A DNA stretch of 64,000 bases from Mobula hypostoma (taxonomy: Eukaryota): positions 126,792,001 through 126,856,000 of the forward strand of contig NC_086097.1 in the NCBI RefSeq assembly GCF_963921235.1. The letters are read 5' to 3'. The notes beneath the pieces were generated by a model. That model did no database searches, was not told where the DNA came from, and saw nothing but the letters and a program-made list of their open reading frames with translations. The stretch's first letter is position 1. The number at the start of each line of letters is the position of its first letter. Both the position numbers and the translations under genes were made by a program. Positions 26,701-37,437 of the stretch are shown piece by piece.

Positions 26701-29700
26701 TAAATAAAAGTATTCTGGTACTGTGATGCTAAGTGACATCTTGCCAGTGGTTGAGGTCAACAGCAAAGAAGATCACAATTTGAGTTTTATGCAATTGGAA
26801 AAAGATTAGATATTCTTACTTCAATAGTTTTACTCATAAGTGTAAATGCTTGGAAAATTAATGAGATGGAAATGTGAATTAATGAATGTACTGTTGGCTT
26901 AAGCTCACTGAAATAAAGACATGGGGTCAATCCTATATCTTTGAAATTCTCTCTGGAGATCAACTCAGCCACAAAGAACTTCTCCCATTAAGCATTTGTA
27001 TGACATAGTGCTTTGCAATTGAATGCATATAGACGCAATTAAAAATACCTTATTCTTTAGTGTTCTCTGAAAAAAAAATCTACTGGTATCTGTGTAGAAG
27101 GAGTAGTAGTTGCAACACATTAATTTCAAAAAGGATGACACAAGAATGTAAGACATGGGTGGCTGGGGGAAAGGGGACAACTGCTCAAAAATACATTGTA
27201 TATTGATAGAGTTTCTTCAAAAACGATTGTATTTATTTTTCTAATGTTTATGAGGAATTTGTATTTAGTCAGAAATCCATTGTAATTTCTTAAATGTGTT
27301 GGCAAATGCGTTTCAATAATGAGGTTATTTTGTGATAAGTTAATTGAAAGAGAAAAAAATACATTTCTTTCTTTCAGCAGTACAGTTTAAGGTAAAATAT
27401 TTTTAACAAGCACATTTCTGGCTATTGTAGCAGAAGTGCAATTGATTTGAAAACAGAAGAACCTGCCAGTTTACAAAGCACAATATCTGTTAGTTTGTAT
27501 TTTCAAAATCCACTAAATGTCCAACCATGATAAATTATTTGTGTCTCTTCTAGGGCCCAGGAATGCCTGACGATCAGCTCTATGAATTGTGTGAAAGAGT
27601 AGTGAATGAACAAATAGCCATCTATGCATTTTTGATCCAACGGGTTTGTACGAGGGCCTGCCCGACCAAAAATGCAACATTGATAGGACCCCCTGGTTCT
27701 CCTGGCTTGCCAGGAGAACGAGGACGGCGAGTGAGTTACTGCCCACTCCCTAATATTATGTTTGTGTTTTACATGTACAGTACGATGCTGATACTTTGTC
27801 TGATTATTTGGAAATCCCTATGGCACCTGGCTCATCTGGTGCTATTCTGACACCCCTCCACTACCAGGGTCCTGCTCCCTCTGCTCCGACTAACTGGTGC
27901 CCTGGTCCCTGCATTCACTTTGACACACAAGGCCCAGTTTCCTGCATTCCTTTACACACACAGGATTCTGGTTCCAATACACCCTTGCTCCTTCCCAAGC
28001 TCGCTGCTTCCCATGTTCCCTTTAAACTTACTGTGTTCACTGGAAAACTTATTATAAAACTTAATATCTAAACAAATGTGAATTTAAAGTGTGATAGAAC
28101 ATAACAGAGTAACATCCAATAATCCAGGCAATCTGCCAGTCTGGTGCCATTGAGGTACTTAAGCAGCAATAGGGTTTTACAGTTTGGTGTGAATTATGCT
28201 CTTCCTAGCCCACTGCCTCATCTCCCACCTTTGGAGATTCAAGGGACTTAGCAAGCTGAGCCTGCAGAAGAGGTAGTGGGATGTGATGGTGGTTGTGGTG
28301 GGGAAGGGTGAGTCCTACAAGTTTAAGTGGATTCTACCTCATGAGCAGTGCTCACAAATTCGCCGCTGTCCAAGACTCTGGAACAATTCTTGAATGCCTC
28401 TGACACTTCTAATAACCTTTGAAATTGCTTCAAGCAATTAAAATATAATAATTATTAAAGAGACAAAATATAATTTAAATACTTTAAGTTATAACACAAT
28501 CAATAGCTGTTAGTCAGCAGGATTCCTGCGTTGTGAATTTTCTCTCTGAGTTTTGGAGTATTGGTAGGGAATGGGCAGGTGTTAGTATTGGAGACAGGAA
28601 ACTCTGCACCATGACTCAACACAGGCATAGATAGTACATCTATTGTCTCACTGATCCTGTGATGCAGGTTCAGTTCAGGTTGGTGTAGATGGTCATAACC
28701 TTTTGACATTTCCATCCTGGTATAACACTCGATAGCATAGGTGTATGGTGAGAGGGAAAACATTCAAATTATAACATAATTAATAGAAGTCTTGTTTCAA
28801 TAGGGTGATTCTGGTAAACCAGGATTGGTTGGTAAACCTGGACCAAGAGGTAGAACAGGATTACCTGGACCAATAGGTGCTCCAGGACAAAAAGGTAACC
28901 CTTGCTTTGGAGTTCAACATGAATGGTTTCCATAAAGATCCTTCTTGGGGTTCACTTTTGTGATTTAACCATAATTGTTCTCTGTTTTAGGAGATAAAGG
29001 TGAAAAAGGTCCAACTGGTGTGCAAGGGTGTGGACTTCCTGGAGCAGATGGAGTACAAGGACCTAGAGGTTTATTTTCTTATACTTTGAAAAGCAAAACC
29101 TGATTCTGTCTAATTTTATTATTTTTCAAGTGCCTCTCCAAAATATCGTTTAAGTTGGGAATAAACATTTCTGGCCAGAATTTGTTTCTGATTGCTTGGA
29201 CTCTGATGATAGGAAATCAAATCATATTCAGACTAACATTGTGGCAAACAAACACAGCTGTGGCAAGTTCAAAAGAAAAGCAGGAGCCAGTGATGAGAAC
29301 AAAACAGTAGTAGCACTTCAAATAGATGAGCATTCTTCAGGAGACTGTAGGTACTGGAATCTGGAGCACCGTAGGAGCTTAAAGGGTCAGGCAGTGGGCA
29401 TTTCAGGTTGACTCTTCATCTGGACCTCCAGCATCTTTTGTGTTGAGCATTCATGAGGACTGTTGTGGTTTGAATCTATGGCTGGATGAGAAGGGAGGTA
29501 CAATATGTTAGAAGTGTTTTTAATCAGAAGAATTAGAATCAGGTTTAATACCACTGGCATGCATCATGGAAGTTGTTGTTTTGCAGCAGTAGTACTGTGC
29601 AATACATAATGGAAAATGGTAAATTACAATAAAAATATTTTTTCAAGATTTAATTAAAAGTAGTGCTAAAAGAGAGCAAAAGTAATACTGAGGCAGTGTT

Positions 29701-30975
29701 CTTTGTCCATCAGGAATCTGATGGTGGAGGGAAAGAAGCTGTTCCTAAAGCATTGAGTGTGTGCCTCCAGGCTCACCTCCTTGATGGTAGCAATGAGAAG
29801 AGGGCACGTACTGGGCAATGTGGGTTCTTAATGATGGTTGATGCTTTTTTGAGGCATCACCTTTTGAAGACGGGATGCTACTGCTTATGATGGATCTGGC
29901 TGAATTTGCAGCTTATTCTGATCCTGTGCAATGGCCCCTCCATACCAGATGATGATGATGCAACAGTTGGAATACTCTCCATGGTACATCTGTAGAAATT
30001 TCCGAGATCCTTTGGTGTCATACCAAGTCTCCTCAAGCTCCTGATGAAACGTAGCTGCCTTGTAATAGCATCATTATGTTGGGCCCAGGATAGATCTTCA
30101 GAGATGTTGATACCCAGGAACTTCAAATTTCTCAGCATTTCTCCTGCTGATCCCTCGATGAGGACTGGTGTGTGTTTCCTTGACTTCCTGAAGTCCAGAA
30201 TCAATTCCTTGATGTTGAGTGCAAGGTTGTTGTTATGACACCACTCAACCAGGTGGTCTATCTCACTCCTGTCGCCTCCTCATCACCAGAATCATGTGTG
30301 TTGAATATTTTTGGTTAATAGGGTCCTCTGAAATTGATATGAGTCAGAACATACTTTGGTAGGGATACTGAGTTTTCTGGGCTTATTCACTTTCAAATCA
30401 AGTAGGGTGCCATGGTACTGCAGCTGTTAGCATCACAAAATTACAGCTCAGGGTGTGGTGTTCAGAGTTCAATTCTGGCATCCTCTGTAAGCAAATTTCC
30501 TTCCCATGTGCGCGTTGGTTTCTTTTGGGTGCTCCAATTTCCTCCTACAGTCGAAAGACGTACCAGTTAGTAGGTTAGTTGGTCATTGTCCTGTGATTGG
30601 GGTTAATCGGGTGATTGCTGGGCAACATGGCTCAAAGGGCCAGAAAGGCCTGTTTCATGTTGTATCTCCGAATAAAATAAAGTTACCATACAGAACTTCA
30701 TCACAAAGGTGACCTTTTCTGGAAATGTTACAGCTTGCCCATTGACATGAAAGTCATTGTCTCTCTCTTGTCATTTAGGATACCCTGGGTATCCGGGAAT
30801 TGCTGAAGATGGAGAACCAGGCCCACAAGGACCAGTTGGATACAGTGGGCCTTCAGGCCCACCAGGACAGCCTGGAATACCAGGAATTCCTGGAATATGT
30901 GAATCTAGAAACTGTGGAATCCATACTGCTGCCGTTCGGGCTCAACATAGACACCTGAAAGGTTCGATTTACTAG
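2347..30975 (+). CDS. FACIT-type collagen alpha chain (type IX/XXI-like), 3' portion, 18 traced exons; 5' exons not found
   Basis: TSPN exon, phase-0 Gly-X-Y exons of 54/45/72/36/33/147 bp with GT-AG ends, NC2 ([10 protein letters not shown]...VCTRAC), COL1 with two imperfections, terminal GICESRNC (C-x4-C) then stop. Exons join in frame. Orthology cannot be assigned by eye. Confidence 0.9.
2880..3760 (-). mobile_element. Rex1/Babar-type LINE 3' fragment
   Basis: Remnant ORFs [38 protein letters not shown]. Confidence 0.7.
4335..4645 (+). mobile_element. tRNA-derived V-SINE-like element
   Basis: tRNA-like head and tgctccagtttcctcccacattccaaagac core; related copies near 7710, 17030(-), 30405, 43295, 49535(-), 53160. 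Confidence 0.6.
4707..4784 (+). CDS. Collagen exon: end of TSPN domain (78 bp)
   Basis: taccag|GTG...TCT|gtaagt; [26 protein letters not shown]. Confidence 0.85.
6142..7066 (-). mobile_element. Penelope-like element 3' fragment (GIY-YIG, terminal repeat), 14-bp TSD
   Basis: ORF 6572-6898 [21 protein letters not shown] ttcttcctaaatct at 6128-6141 and 7067-7080. Confidence 0.9.
6240..6275 (-). ncRNA. Minimal type I hammerhead ribozyme (PLE-associated)
   Basis: Minus strand AGUC-CUGACGA-A-AGG-UCUUGG-CCU-GAAA-CG-UC-GACU. Confidence 0.8.
8190..8890 (-). mobile_element. Rex1/Babar-type LINE 3' fragment
   Basis: [28 protein letters not shown] and [13 protein letters not shown] motifs. Confidence 0.75.
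8999..9052 (+). CDS. Collagen 54-bp Gly-X-Y exon
   Basis: ctgcag|...|gtaagt; [18 protein letters not shown]. Confidence 0.88.
9130..10395 (-). mobile_element. Degenerate CR1 LINE 3' fragment
   Basis: [18 protein letters not shown] motif; short unrelated insert near 9500-9705. Confidence 0.75.
10520..10573 (+). CDS. Collagen 54-bp exon, one Gly substituted
   Basis: tttaag|...|gtaagt; [18 protein letters not shown]. Confidence 0.8.
10797..11004 (-). mobile_element. tRNA-headed SINE
   Basis: Minus-strand head with A/B-box-like motifs; same family as 21690-21882. Confidence 0.6.
11144..11206 (+). pseudogene. Probable dead collagen exon (acceptor AG lost)
   Basis: TACTAAC branch-point match at 11121-11127, no AG before 11144, GSPGMS... 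start, GTAAGT donor at 11207. Confidence 0.5.
11952..12499 (-). mobile_element. Internally deleted Tc1-like DNA transposon
   Basis: Terminal inverted repeats cagtgggcactttatt / aataaagtggccactg; ORF 12010-12225 resembles the Tc1 transposase N-terminus (QADRNAT...MGYSSRRP). Confidence 0.75.
12749..13371. mobile_element. Non-coding Penelope-derived fold-back element, 13-bp TSD, two decayed hammerheads
   Basis: Inverted terminal-repeat arms; TSD atgattgcaggct at 12736-12748 and 13372-13384. Confidence 0.75.
13528..15674 (+). mobile_element. 5'-truncated Penelope-like retroelement (RT, Cys linker, GIY-YIG; Neptune-like), inactive
   Basis: [29 protein letters not shown] (catalytic DD changed to DN), frameshifts, TGA at 14922, VIYC..YIGET; TSD agttaactggcatt at 13514-13527 and 15675-15688. 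Confidence 0.93.
15540..15575 (+). ncRNA. Minimal type I hammerhead ribozyme in PLE terminal repeat
   Basis: AGUC-CUGACGA-A-GGG-UAUCAG-CCC-GAAA-UG-UC-GACU. Confidence 0.75.
15699..16340 (-). mobile_element. L1-type LINE 3' fragment
   Basis: ORF2 C-terminal CCHC ([18 protein letters not shown]), AATAAA and oligo(A) on minus; TSD ggcattccggg(a)ttctt at 15683-15698 and 16341-16357. Confidence 0.82.
16591..16644 (+). CDS. Collagen 54-bp exon, three Gly substituted
   Basis: tgacag|...|gtaagc; [18 protein letters not shown]. Confidence 0.75.
18239..18283 (+). CDS. Collagen 45-bp exon, two Gly substituted
   Basis: ttttag|...|gtaagt; [15 protein letters not shown]. Confidence 0.78.
18361..18414 (+). 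CDS. Collagen 54-bp exon
   Basis: ctttag|...|gtaagc; [18 protein letters not shown]. Confidence 0.93.
18495..18548 (+). CDS. Collagen 54-bp exon
   Basis: cttcag|...|gtacgt; [18 protein letters not shown]. Confidence 0.93.
18682..18735 (+). CDS. Collagen 54-bp exon
   Basis: acctag|...|gtaagt; [18 protein letters not shown]. Confidence 0.93.
18859..19064 (+). mobile_element. 206-bp Penelope-derived fold-back mini-element, 16-bp TSD
   Basis: Inverted arms 18857-18932 and 18947-19024; TSD gttctagttYgaaaat at 18843-18858 and 19065-19080. Confidence 0.85.
18935..18970 (+). ncRNA. Minimal type I hammerhead ribozyme
   Basis: AGUC-CUGACGA-A-GGG-UCUAGG-CCU-GAAA-CG-UC-GACU; predicted cleavage after C18966. 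Confidence 0.8.
19684..19755 (+). CDS. Collagen 72-bp exon
   Basis: caccag|...|gtaagt; [24 protein letters not shown]. Confidence 0.93.
19847..19882 (+). CDS. Collagen 36-bp exon
   Basis: ttacag|...|gtaaga; [12 protein letters not shown]. Confidence 0.92.
19960..20762 (+). mobile_element. RTE-like LINE derivative
   Basis: CpG-rich; ends [26 protein letters not shown] followed by an (ACTG)n tail. Confidence 0.5.
21329..21373 (+). CDS. Collagen 45-bp exon
   Basis: tattag|...|gtattt; [15 protein letters not shown]. Confidence 0.9.
21458..21490 (+). CDS. Collagen 33-bp exon
   Basis: acctag|...|gtttgt; [11 protein letters not shown], last triplet completed by the Pro that opens the next exon. 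Confidence 0.87.
21690..21882 (-). mobile_element. tRNA-headed SINE
   Basis: Minus head GCCGGCTGGTGACGTAGTGG (A box)...GAGTTCGAACCC (B box). Confidence 0.65.
22620..23430 (-). mobile_element. Degenerate CR1 fragments
   Basis: AWN...VVEADT and [11 protein letters not shown] remnants. Confidence 0.65.
25941..26087 (+). CDS. Collagen 147-bp exon
   Basis: atttag|CCT...CAT|gtacgt; P plus 16 perfect Gly-X-Y triplets. Confidence 0.94.
27554..27730 (+). CDS. Collagen exon: NC2 and start of COL1 (177 bp)
   Basis: ttctag|...|gtgagt; [59 protein letters not shown]. Confidence 0.92.
28804..28894 (+). CDS. Collagen 91-bp COL1 exon
   Basis: caatag|...G|gtaacc; [30 protein letters not shown]. Confidence 0.93.
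28991..29068 (+). CDS. Collagen 78-bp COL1 exon
   Basis: ttttag|GA...G|gtttat; [26 protein letters not shown]. Confidence 0.9.
29530..30285 (-). mobile_element. Rex1/Babar-type LINE fragment
   Basis: ILDFRK...[12 protein letters not shown]...FYRCTMES. Confidence 0.7.
30779..30975 (+). CDS. Collagen last coding exon (COL1 end and NC1)
   Basis: atttag|[16 protein letters not shown]...[30 protein letters not shown], stop TAG. Confidence 0.94.
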
Positions 30976-31006
30976 TGTTCAGCCGCAAACAAAAGCCAGT
31001 ATCTAA

Positions 31007-31012
31007 AATAAA
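31007..31012 (+). promoter_or_regulatory. Candidate polyadenylation signal (further AATAAA near 31410-31425)
   Basis: AATAAA about 30 bp after the stop in an AT-rich 3' UTR. Confidence 0.35.
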
Positions 31013-31614
31013 AGCATAACCAGAGACGACAAGAACTGATCATTACTCTGAGAAGTGATGATCAATATTACACTATATAGCTTTGTATCTCTTGGTAAAA
31101 CTGACATTATGTAAGGTGTTAATGCACAGCTGTTTTAAAGGATATAATTTTGTAGTTCGATGTTAAAATTGCATGTAAGAATTATTCTTCAAATAATGTG
31201 CTTAATTAAACAAAATATTTCTTTTTAATGCTATGGATTTTTCAATCCAATAGAATACTTAACATTATATCCAACTGCTTATTTATAAATTTCAAATAAT
31301 TTCAAACTTTTTAATTTAAAATAGTGAGTAAGGTAAAATTAAATCAACAAATACTCGGGTAAAAATTGACACGTTACTCAAAAATAGGTTTATTTTGAAT
31401 ATTGTTAAAATAAAAAACAAAATAAAAAAAAATGTCAATCTGCTATTCTTTACACAGCTCACAACACTGTGCTGGCTCAGCTCACAAGTCTATGAGGCTC
31501 GACATCACACATTCACTTAAAATTCCTTGGTATCATTTTAGATTTAAAACTAAAATTGAAACAGGAATGTATATTGTTGTGGTTCTACAAGCTACTCATG
31601 GTCATATAATAATA

Positions 31615-31958
31615 AAGCACAGAAACAGGACATTTGGCCCAATACATCCATGCCGAGCGAGATTGCCATGTAAGCCGGACCCATTTCCCCCTCAGCTATT
31701 CCTATCCATGAATTGTTCAACTGTTTTTAAAGTGTTATTAATGTATCTGCCTCAGTCACTTCCTCTGGCAGCTTGTTCCATACGCCCACTATCCGTGCGA
31801 AGAAATTGCCCCCTCAGGACCTTTTTAAATCTTTCCCCTTTCATGTTAAACCTATGTCCTCTAGTTTTTGTTTCTCTTTTGCAGAGGATTAAACAGCTGT
31901 GTGCATTCACCTATCTATGCCCCTCATGATTTTATACACCCCTATAAGGTCACCCATC
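31615..31958 (-). mobile_element. CR1 3' end fragment
   Basis: Matches the other CR1 3' ends in this window (ttaaacctatgtcctctagtt). Confidence 0.55.
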
Positions 31959-32629
31959 AGTTTTAATTTCTCTTCTGCCTGTCTGATCTCTTGTTCAGAA
32001 GTTCCACAGTTTCAACAGCAACTTACCTGTACTAGCATGAGAAACCTCCAGATCTTTCTTGCCCTGCTCAGATTTGAAAGGAAATCGATTTTTTAACCCA
32101 TTTCTCCCTTCCCCCAAAATCCCATACAATGATCAAAGAAATCAGTGAAAACTAATGCTTTACTGATCCTTTTGTCTAAGGAAGAAGCAGAAGAGTTTTT
32201 ATCATGTTACCGATGCGATAAATCTGTGAATTGGTGTAAGGTTATGAGGTGAGCTCCCTTATTGGAGGAGATTACAGGGAAGATGATGGATAGGATGTAA
32301 AAATGTTTAGAAAGTTTCTTTGAAAATGTGCAACATTCCCACTAATTCCTGGGTATCTTTGGTATCCCCCATGAACTACCACACTGTTATATCAGGCACA
32401 CTTCATCTACTCAATCTGCAAAAGAGTCTGCCATCCACACTGGCCACCTCTGAATCAGAAATCATAACACGAACCAGCTTTTATTCTAGGGAATTGCCTA
32501 AGAAGGAGAAGGACATAGATTATTAATTCTGTTTAACAGAAAGACTGATATTAATACTTCCTAATTGTATTTTTAAACTTGAGTTAAGCATTAAAATTAC
32601 TCAATTGGGTATTTACAATGAAATAGTGT

Positions 32630-33450
32630 AAGGCAAGGCAAGTTGATTGGTGCAGCACTTTTCAAACACAAGGCAATTCAAAGTGCTTTACGTAAAACAA
32701 GATATAAAAATCAAACATCAAATTTCAGACAATATAAGGAGAATAAAATCACACATAAGAATAAAGAAACAGAACTTACAGTGCAGGAGGATCTAATTAA
32801 AAGCTACAACAGAAAGAAAAAATTTAAGCCTCGATTTAAAAGAGCTTAAGGTTGAGGCAGACTTCAGATCCTCTGGAAGGTTATTCCAGATACGTGGAGC
32901 ATAATAACTAAAAGCTGCTTCACCGTGTTTAGTTTTGACCCTGGGGACAGTAAGCAGACCTGCCCCAGAACACCTGAGAGCTCCAGAAGGATAATAATGC
33001 AGCAAGAGATTGGAGATGTATTTTGGCCCTAGACCACTCAGTGCTTTATAAACTGGTAGTAATATTTTAAAGTCAATCCTCTGATGGACAGGAAGCCGGT
33101 GCAGTGATCTGAGAACTGGAGTGATATGTTCTACTTTCTTGGTCTTAGTGAGGACTTTAGCAGCAGTGTCTGAATGAGCTACAGCTGTCTGAGGGATTTT
33201 TTATAGAGACCTGTGAAAACGGCATTACAGTGGTCAAGCCTACTAAAATTAAAAGCATCGACAAGTTTTTCTAGATCTTGCTGAGGCATAAGCCCTTTAA
33301 CTCTCGCTATATTTTTATGATGGTAGTAGTGCACTTTGTAATTGTCTTAATGTGGCAGTTAAAATTTAAGTCTGAGTCCATCACAACACCATGGTTTCTG
33401 GCTTGGTTTGTGAACTGTAATGACAGGGATTCTAAGTGAGCACTGACTGA
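32630..33450 (-). mobile_element. L2 LINE 3' fragment
   Basis: LLTVPRVKTKHGEAAFSYYAPRIWNNLPEDL; 3' end AAAGCACTTTGAATTGCC...AACTTGCCTTGCCTT. Confidence 0.8.
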
Positions 33451-34929
33451 ATTGATGTCTAATTCCTAATCATACTATCAAAAAAAAAACTTTTTGTCCT
33501 AGTGATGGCTGGCATGCAAAGCAAAGTTTTTCACCGTATCTTGTACACATGACAATAATAACAAGTTACCAAATTATTATCAACAGAATCAGATACATCA
33601 TGTTCAATCAGATACATCATGTTCAAAGTTCCGAGTAAATTTTATTATCAAAGTACATATGTGTCACCATATAGAACCCTGAGATTAATTTTATTATGGG
33701 CACACTCAGCAATTCTATAGAATAGTAACTATAACAGAGTCAATGAATGACTGGCAAATTAGGGCTTTCGACCAGAGTGCAAAAGACAACAAACTGTGCG
33801 AATGCAAAAAGAAGAAACAGTAATATAAATAAATAAACAACAAATATCAAGAGCGTGAAGTAAAGGGTCCTTGAAAGTGAGTCCATTGATTGTGGGAACA
33901 TTTCAATGATGGGACAAGTGAAGTCGAGTGAAGTTATCCCCCTTGTTCAAGATCTTGATAGTTGAGGGATAATAACTGTTTTTAAACTAGGTGGTGTGAG
34001 TCCTAAGGCTATTGTACCTTATTTCTGGTGGTGGCAGTGAGAAGAGAGCATGTGCTGGCTGGTGGGGGTGGGGGGGGGTGGTCACTGACAAATGGATGCT
34101 GAACACAAGTTTGTCAGACGCTGTTGAAAGAATGCTTCATTCAGGAGCTCAAGCTTCAGCTCTTTCCCCTTTCTTTAACCTCATTCAGCTACCAGACCAC
34201 CAAATGCTCCCGAAGGTATATTAATGATAGCAGCTGATTGACTTCCACTAGCAGAGTACAAGGGCTAGAATGGGTGTTGGTATGCTGGAATAGGGAGTGG
34301 GAAGACTTCATATACCTTGATCAAGGTCAAAGTTGAGTCTACTCTCAAATGGACACAGATGCACATGTGCAATATAAGTTTTACTCACATCAGCATTACA
34401 GGCCCAGGGCATCACATAGCAGTACTAACAAGAAAAACATAAATTATACACCACTTTTACAATTAAAATAAAAAAATGAAGTCCAATTTAGTGCAAGGTG
34501 ATCAAAGTGGTCATAGTGTTTCTATATTGAGGTAGTGATTAGGGTTGTGTAGTTGTTGGTTGTAGGGAGGGAGCTGTTCCTGAATCTGATGACGTGGAAC
34601 TTCAGGCTTTTGTGCCTCCTATCTGATGGTGGCTGTGAGAAAATGGCACGGTCCAAATGGTGAGGTTGTTGCCTTCGTGAGGTGGTGGGGAGGAATGTAC
34701 TCATGATGCAATGGAAAGTGTCCACTGCTCCCTGCTTTAATGTTCCTGCGCATTTGAAATTGCTGAAACAGGCCATGATGCAACCTATCAGGGTACTTAC
34801 AACAGTGTTTGGGAAAGAGACCTGACTAGGTGCATTACATCTGGGTTGGGTTGGGTTGTATGGCCCAGAATGAGGCCTATAGCCCATCGTATCCATATAG
34901 ACCTTATGGGCATCAATATGCCTTAATAA

Positions 34930-35113
34930 TGCTTTAAGGATGAACCCTGGGTGCCCTCCCAAGACTATGGTCAACACACTTCTAGAAGACAGTGGTGCGG
35001 CTAATGTAGATGAACTGAACACACTGATGAGGGAGAGGGAGAAGTGGAGAGTCCGTCATCGTGCCCGACGCCGGCCCCCTAGGCCTGAGTCGACGTAGTA
35101 GTAGTCGTAGTAG
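34930..35113 (+). mobile_element. RTE-like LINE 3' end
   Basis: ORF remnant ending ...ERE KWRVR... with a (GTA)n tail. Confidence 0.45.
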
Positions 35114-36659
35114 TTGCCATCAATATTAATTCCTCTTGTTTGCATTAGGTTGGTATCCTTCCAGTTAAACTCAGGTGACTATAGTCAAACCCAAGTCGTG
35201 CAATCAGCATGGCAAATTCTGCTCTCCATGTGGTGTTTGCAGATGTGACTCCCATGTTGGTATCAGTATGGCCACTACATTTTCACACCAGAGCTGGGCA
35301 AACAATTATGGTCAACACTCAATGGAAACATGATGTCTGTTCTTAAAGCTGGCATTAAAGCATCTCCCAGTATCCTCGTCAATGATGTTCCATGAGCCAA
35401 TACCATCAAAGTCATTAGTTCAGTGAACAGTATTGGCCAGGATACTTTTCTCTGTCAAATTCCATTTATTGAATGTGAGATCCTGCTGTAAGCAAATTTG
35501 CAATTCAGCAACCTTTTTTGTATTTAAATTTAAAGGTTTTGTTTGCTGTCTTAAATGCTCCATTTGTTCTTTCTGTTTCGAGATGCAGTCAGGGAATACT
35601 TGATCAACGATTATTGTAGAAATTGCCAGTGGAATGGCGGGGTGGTGGGATGAACCTGCTGACCATGGCTGATGCTTGAATATTTTCCAGATTACTCTTC
35701 AGACAAGCACCTGGTCATGCACTAACTACATGGTGCTGTTTAAACAGCAAAGACTTCTAGCGTAATTCTTTAAGCAAAAACTGAAAGTTGGTTGATGATT
35801 TTATAATCTTGACCCTAATATAATTATTCAATCGTCATAAATTATGGCAAAATTTTGTTGTAGTTAGGTACTAAATTTCAGAACTGTTTGAATCAATTAT
35901 AATCATTCCTATATAACTTCTTATAGATTTTCTGATCTTATCTGTTTTGGGTACCTAAGGATAACTACATTTAAATGATGAATGAAAATTTAATTAAAGG
36001 TACAGTCACAAAAGACTTTGTGTGATAATAGACTTACTCTCAATTTTCCACCATATACTGAATGAACTGCTCTGGAGCTTCCTTGTGTTTACAACGTTTT
36101 AAATGGTAATTGTCACTTCAGCTTCATATAATGGATGCAACTTCATCAACTCAGTTTAAAAAATCAATTACATTCCCAAATGCTTTGACCTCTTCTTGGT
36201 ACCTTTTACACAACTTTACTTAAATGATTATGAGAGCTTAACATACATTTCAGTTTCTATGTTAAGTGAATGTTTGAAACAGAATGAATATTTTAAAAAA
36301 AGAATTTTTCAGCAACTTGGCCACCAGATGGAGATAAGTGTCAACAGGTGCTTCAGCACAAGTATCAGGATTCTAATTCAGTCTTTCTGAAATCAATATT
36401 GACAGGTGCACCAGCAATCCTAGGATGGGAATTCGAAATTAAATCTGAAACCTGAGTAACATTTGCAACAGAAATGTTTCCAGTGGATTTAATTCAATCA
36501 TGTCAGTGATTCACAGAATCACAGAAGAGTGCACCATGGAAACGAAGCCTTCAGGCTGACTGTGATGCCTATCTATGTTAATTCCATTTGCCCATATTAG
36601 GCCTTGAGCCCTCAGAGCCCTTCCTACACGAGTACTTGTCTAAATGTGTTTTAGATATT

Positions 36660-37295
36660 TTAGAACATAGAATAGTACAGCACAGTACAGGCCCTTCAGC
36701 CCACAATGCTGTGCCAACCCTCAAACTCTGCCTCCCATATAACCCCCCACCTTAATTTCCTCCATATACCTGTCTAGTAGTCTCTTAAACTTCACGAGTG
36801 TATCTGCCTCCAACACTGACTCAGGCAGTGCATTCCAGGCACCAACCACTCTCTGAGTAAAAAACCTTCCTCAAATACCCCCTTGAACTTCCCACCCCTT
36901 ACCTTAAAGCCATGTCCCCTTGTATTGAGCAGTTGTGCTCTGGGGAAGAAGCTATGGCTCTCCACTCTATCTATTCCTCTTAATATCTTGTATACCTCTA
37001 TCATGTCTCCTCTCATCCTCCTCCTCTCCAAAGAGTAAAGCCCTAGCTCCCTTAATCTCTGATCATAATCCATACTCTCTAAATCAGCAGCATCCTGGTA
37101 AATCTCTGTACCCTTTCCAATGCTTCCATATCCTTCCTATAGTGGGGCAACCAGAACTGGACACAGTACTCCAAGTGTGGCCTAACCAGAGTTTTATAGA
37201 GCTGCATCATTACCTCGCGACTCTTAAACTCTATCCCTCGACTTATGAAAGCTAACACCCCATAAGCTTTCTTAACTACACTATCTACCTGTAAG
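36660..37295 (-). mobile_element. CR1 3' fragment
   Basis: LYKTLVRPHLEYCVQFW, LGLYSLERRRMRGDMIEVYKI. Confidence 0.85.
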
Positions 37296-37437
37296 GCCAC
37301 ACACATTGTATCTACCTTCACTACCTCCTGTGACAACTCATCCCAGATTTCTATACCAAACATATCCCTTTAATTTTTTGCCTCTCTCTTTAAAACTGGA
37401 AACCGTACCTCCAAAATTCCCTGTATGATAAGTGTGA

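Noticed and set aside
33587..33624. 19-bp tandem duplication as a repeat array
   Set aside because: Only two copies, beside a LINE end; no CRISPR-like spacers here or anywhere in the window.
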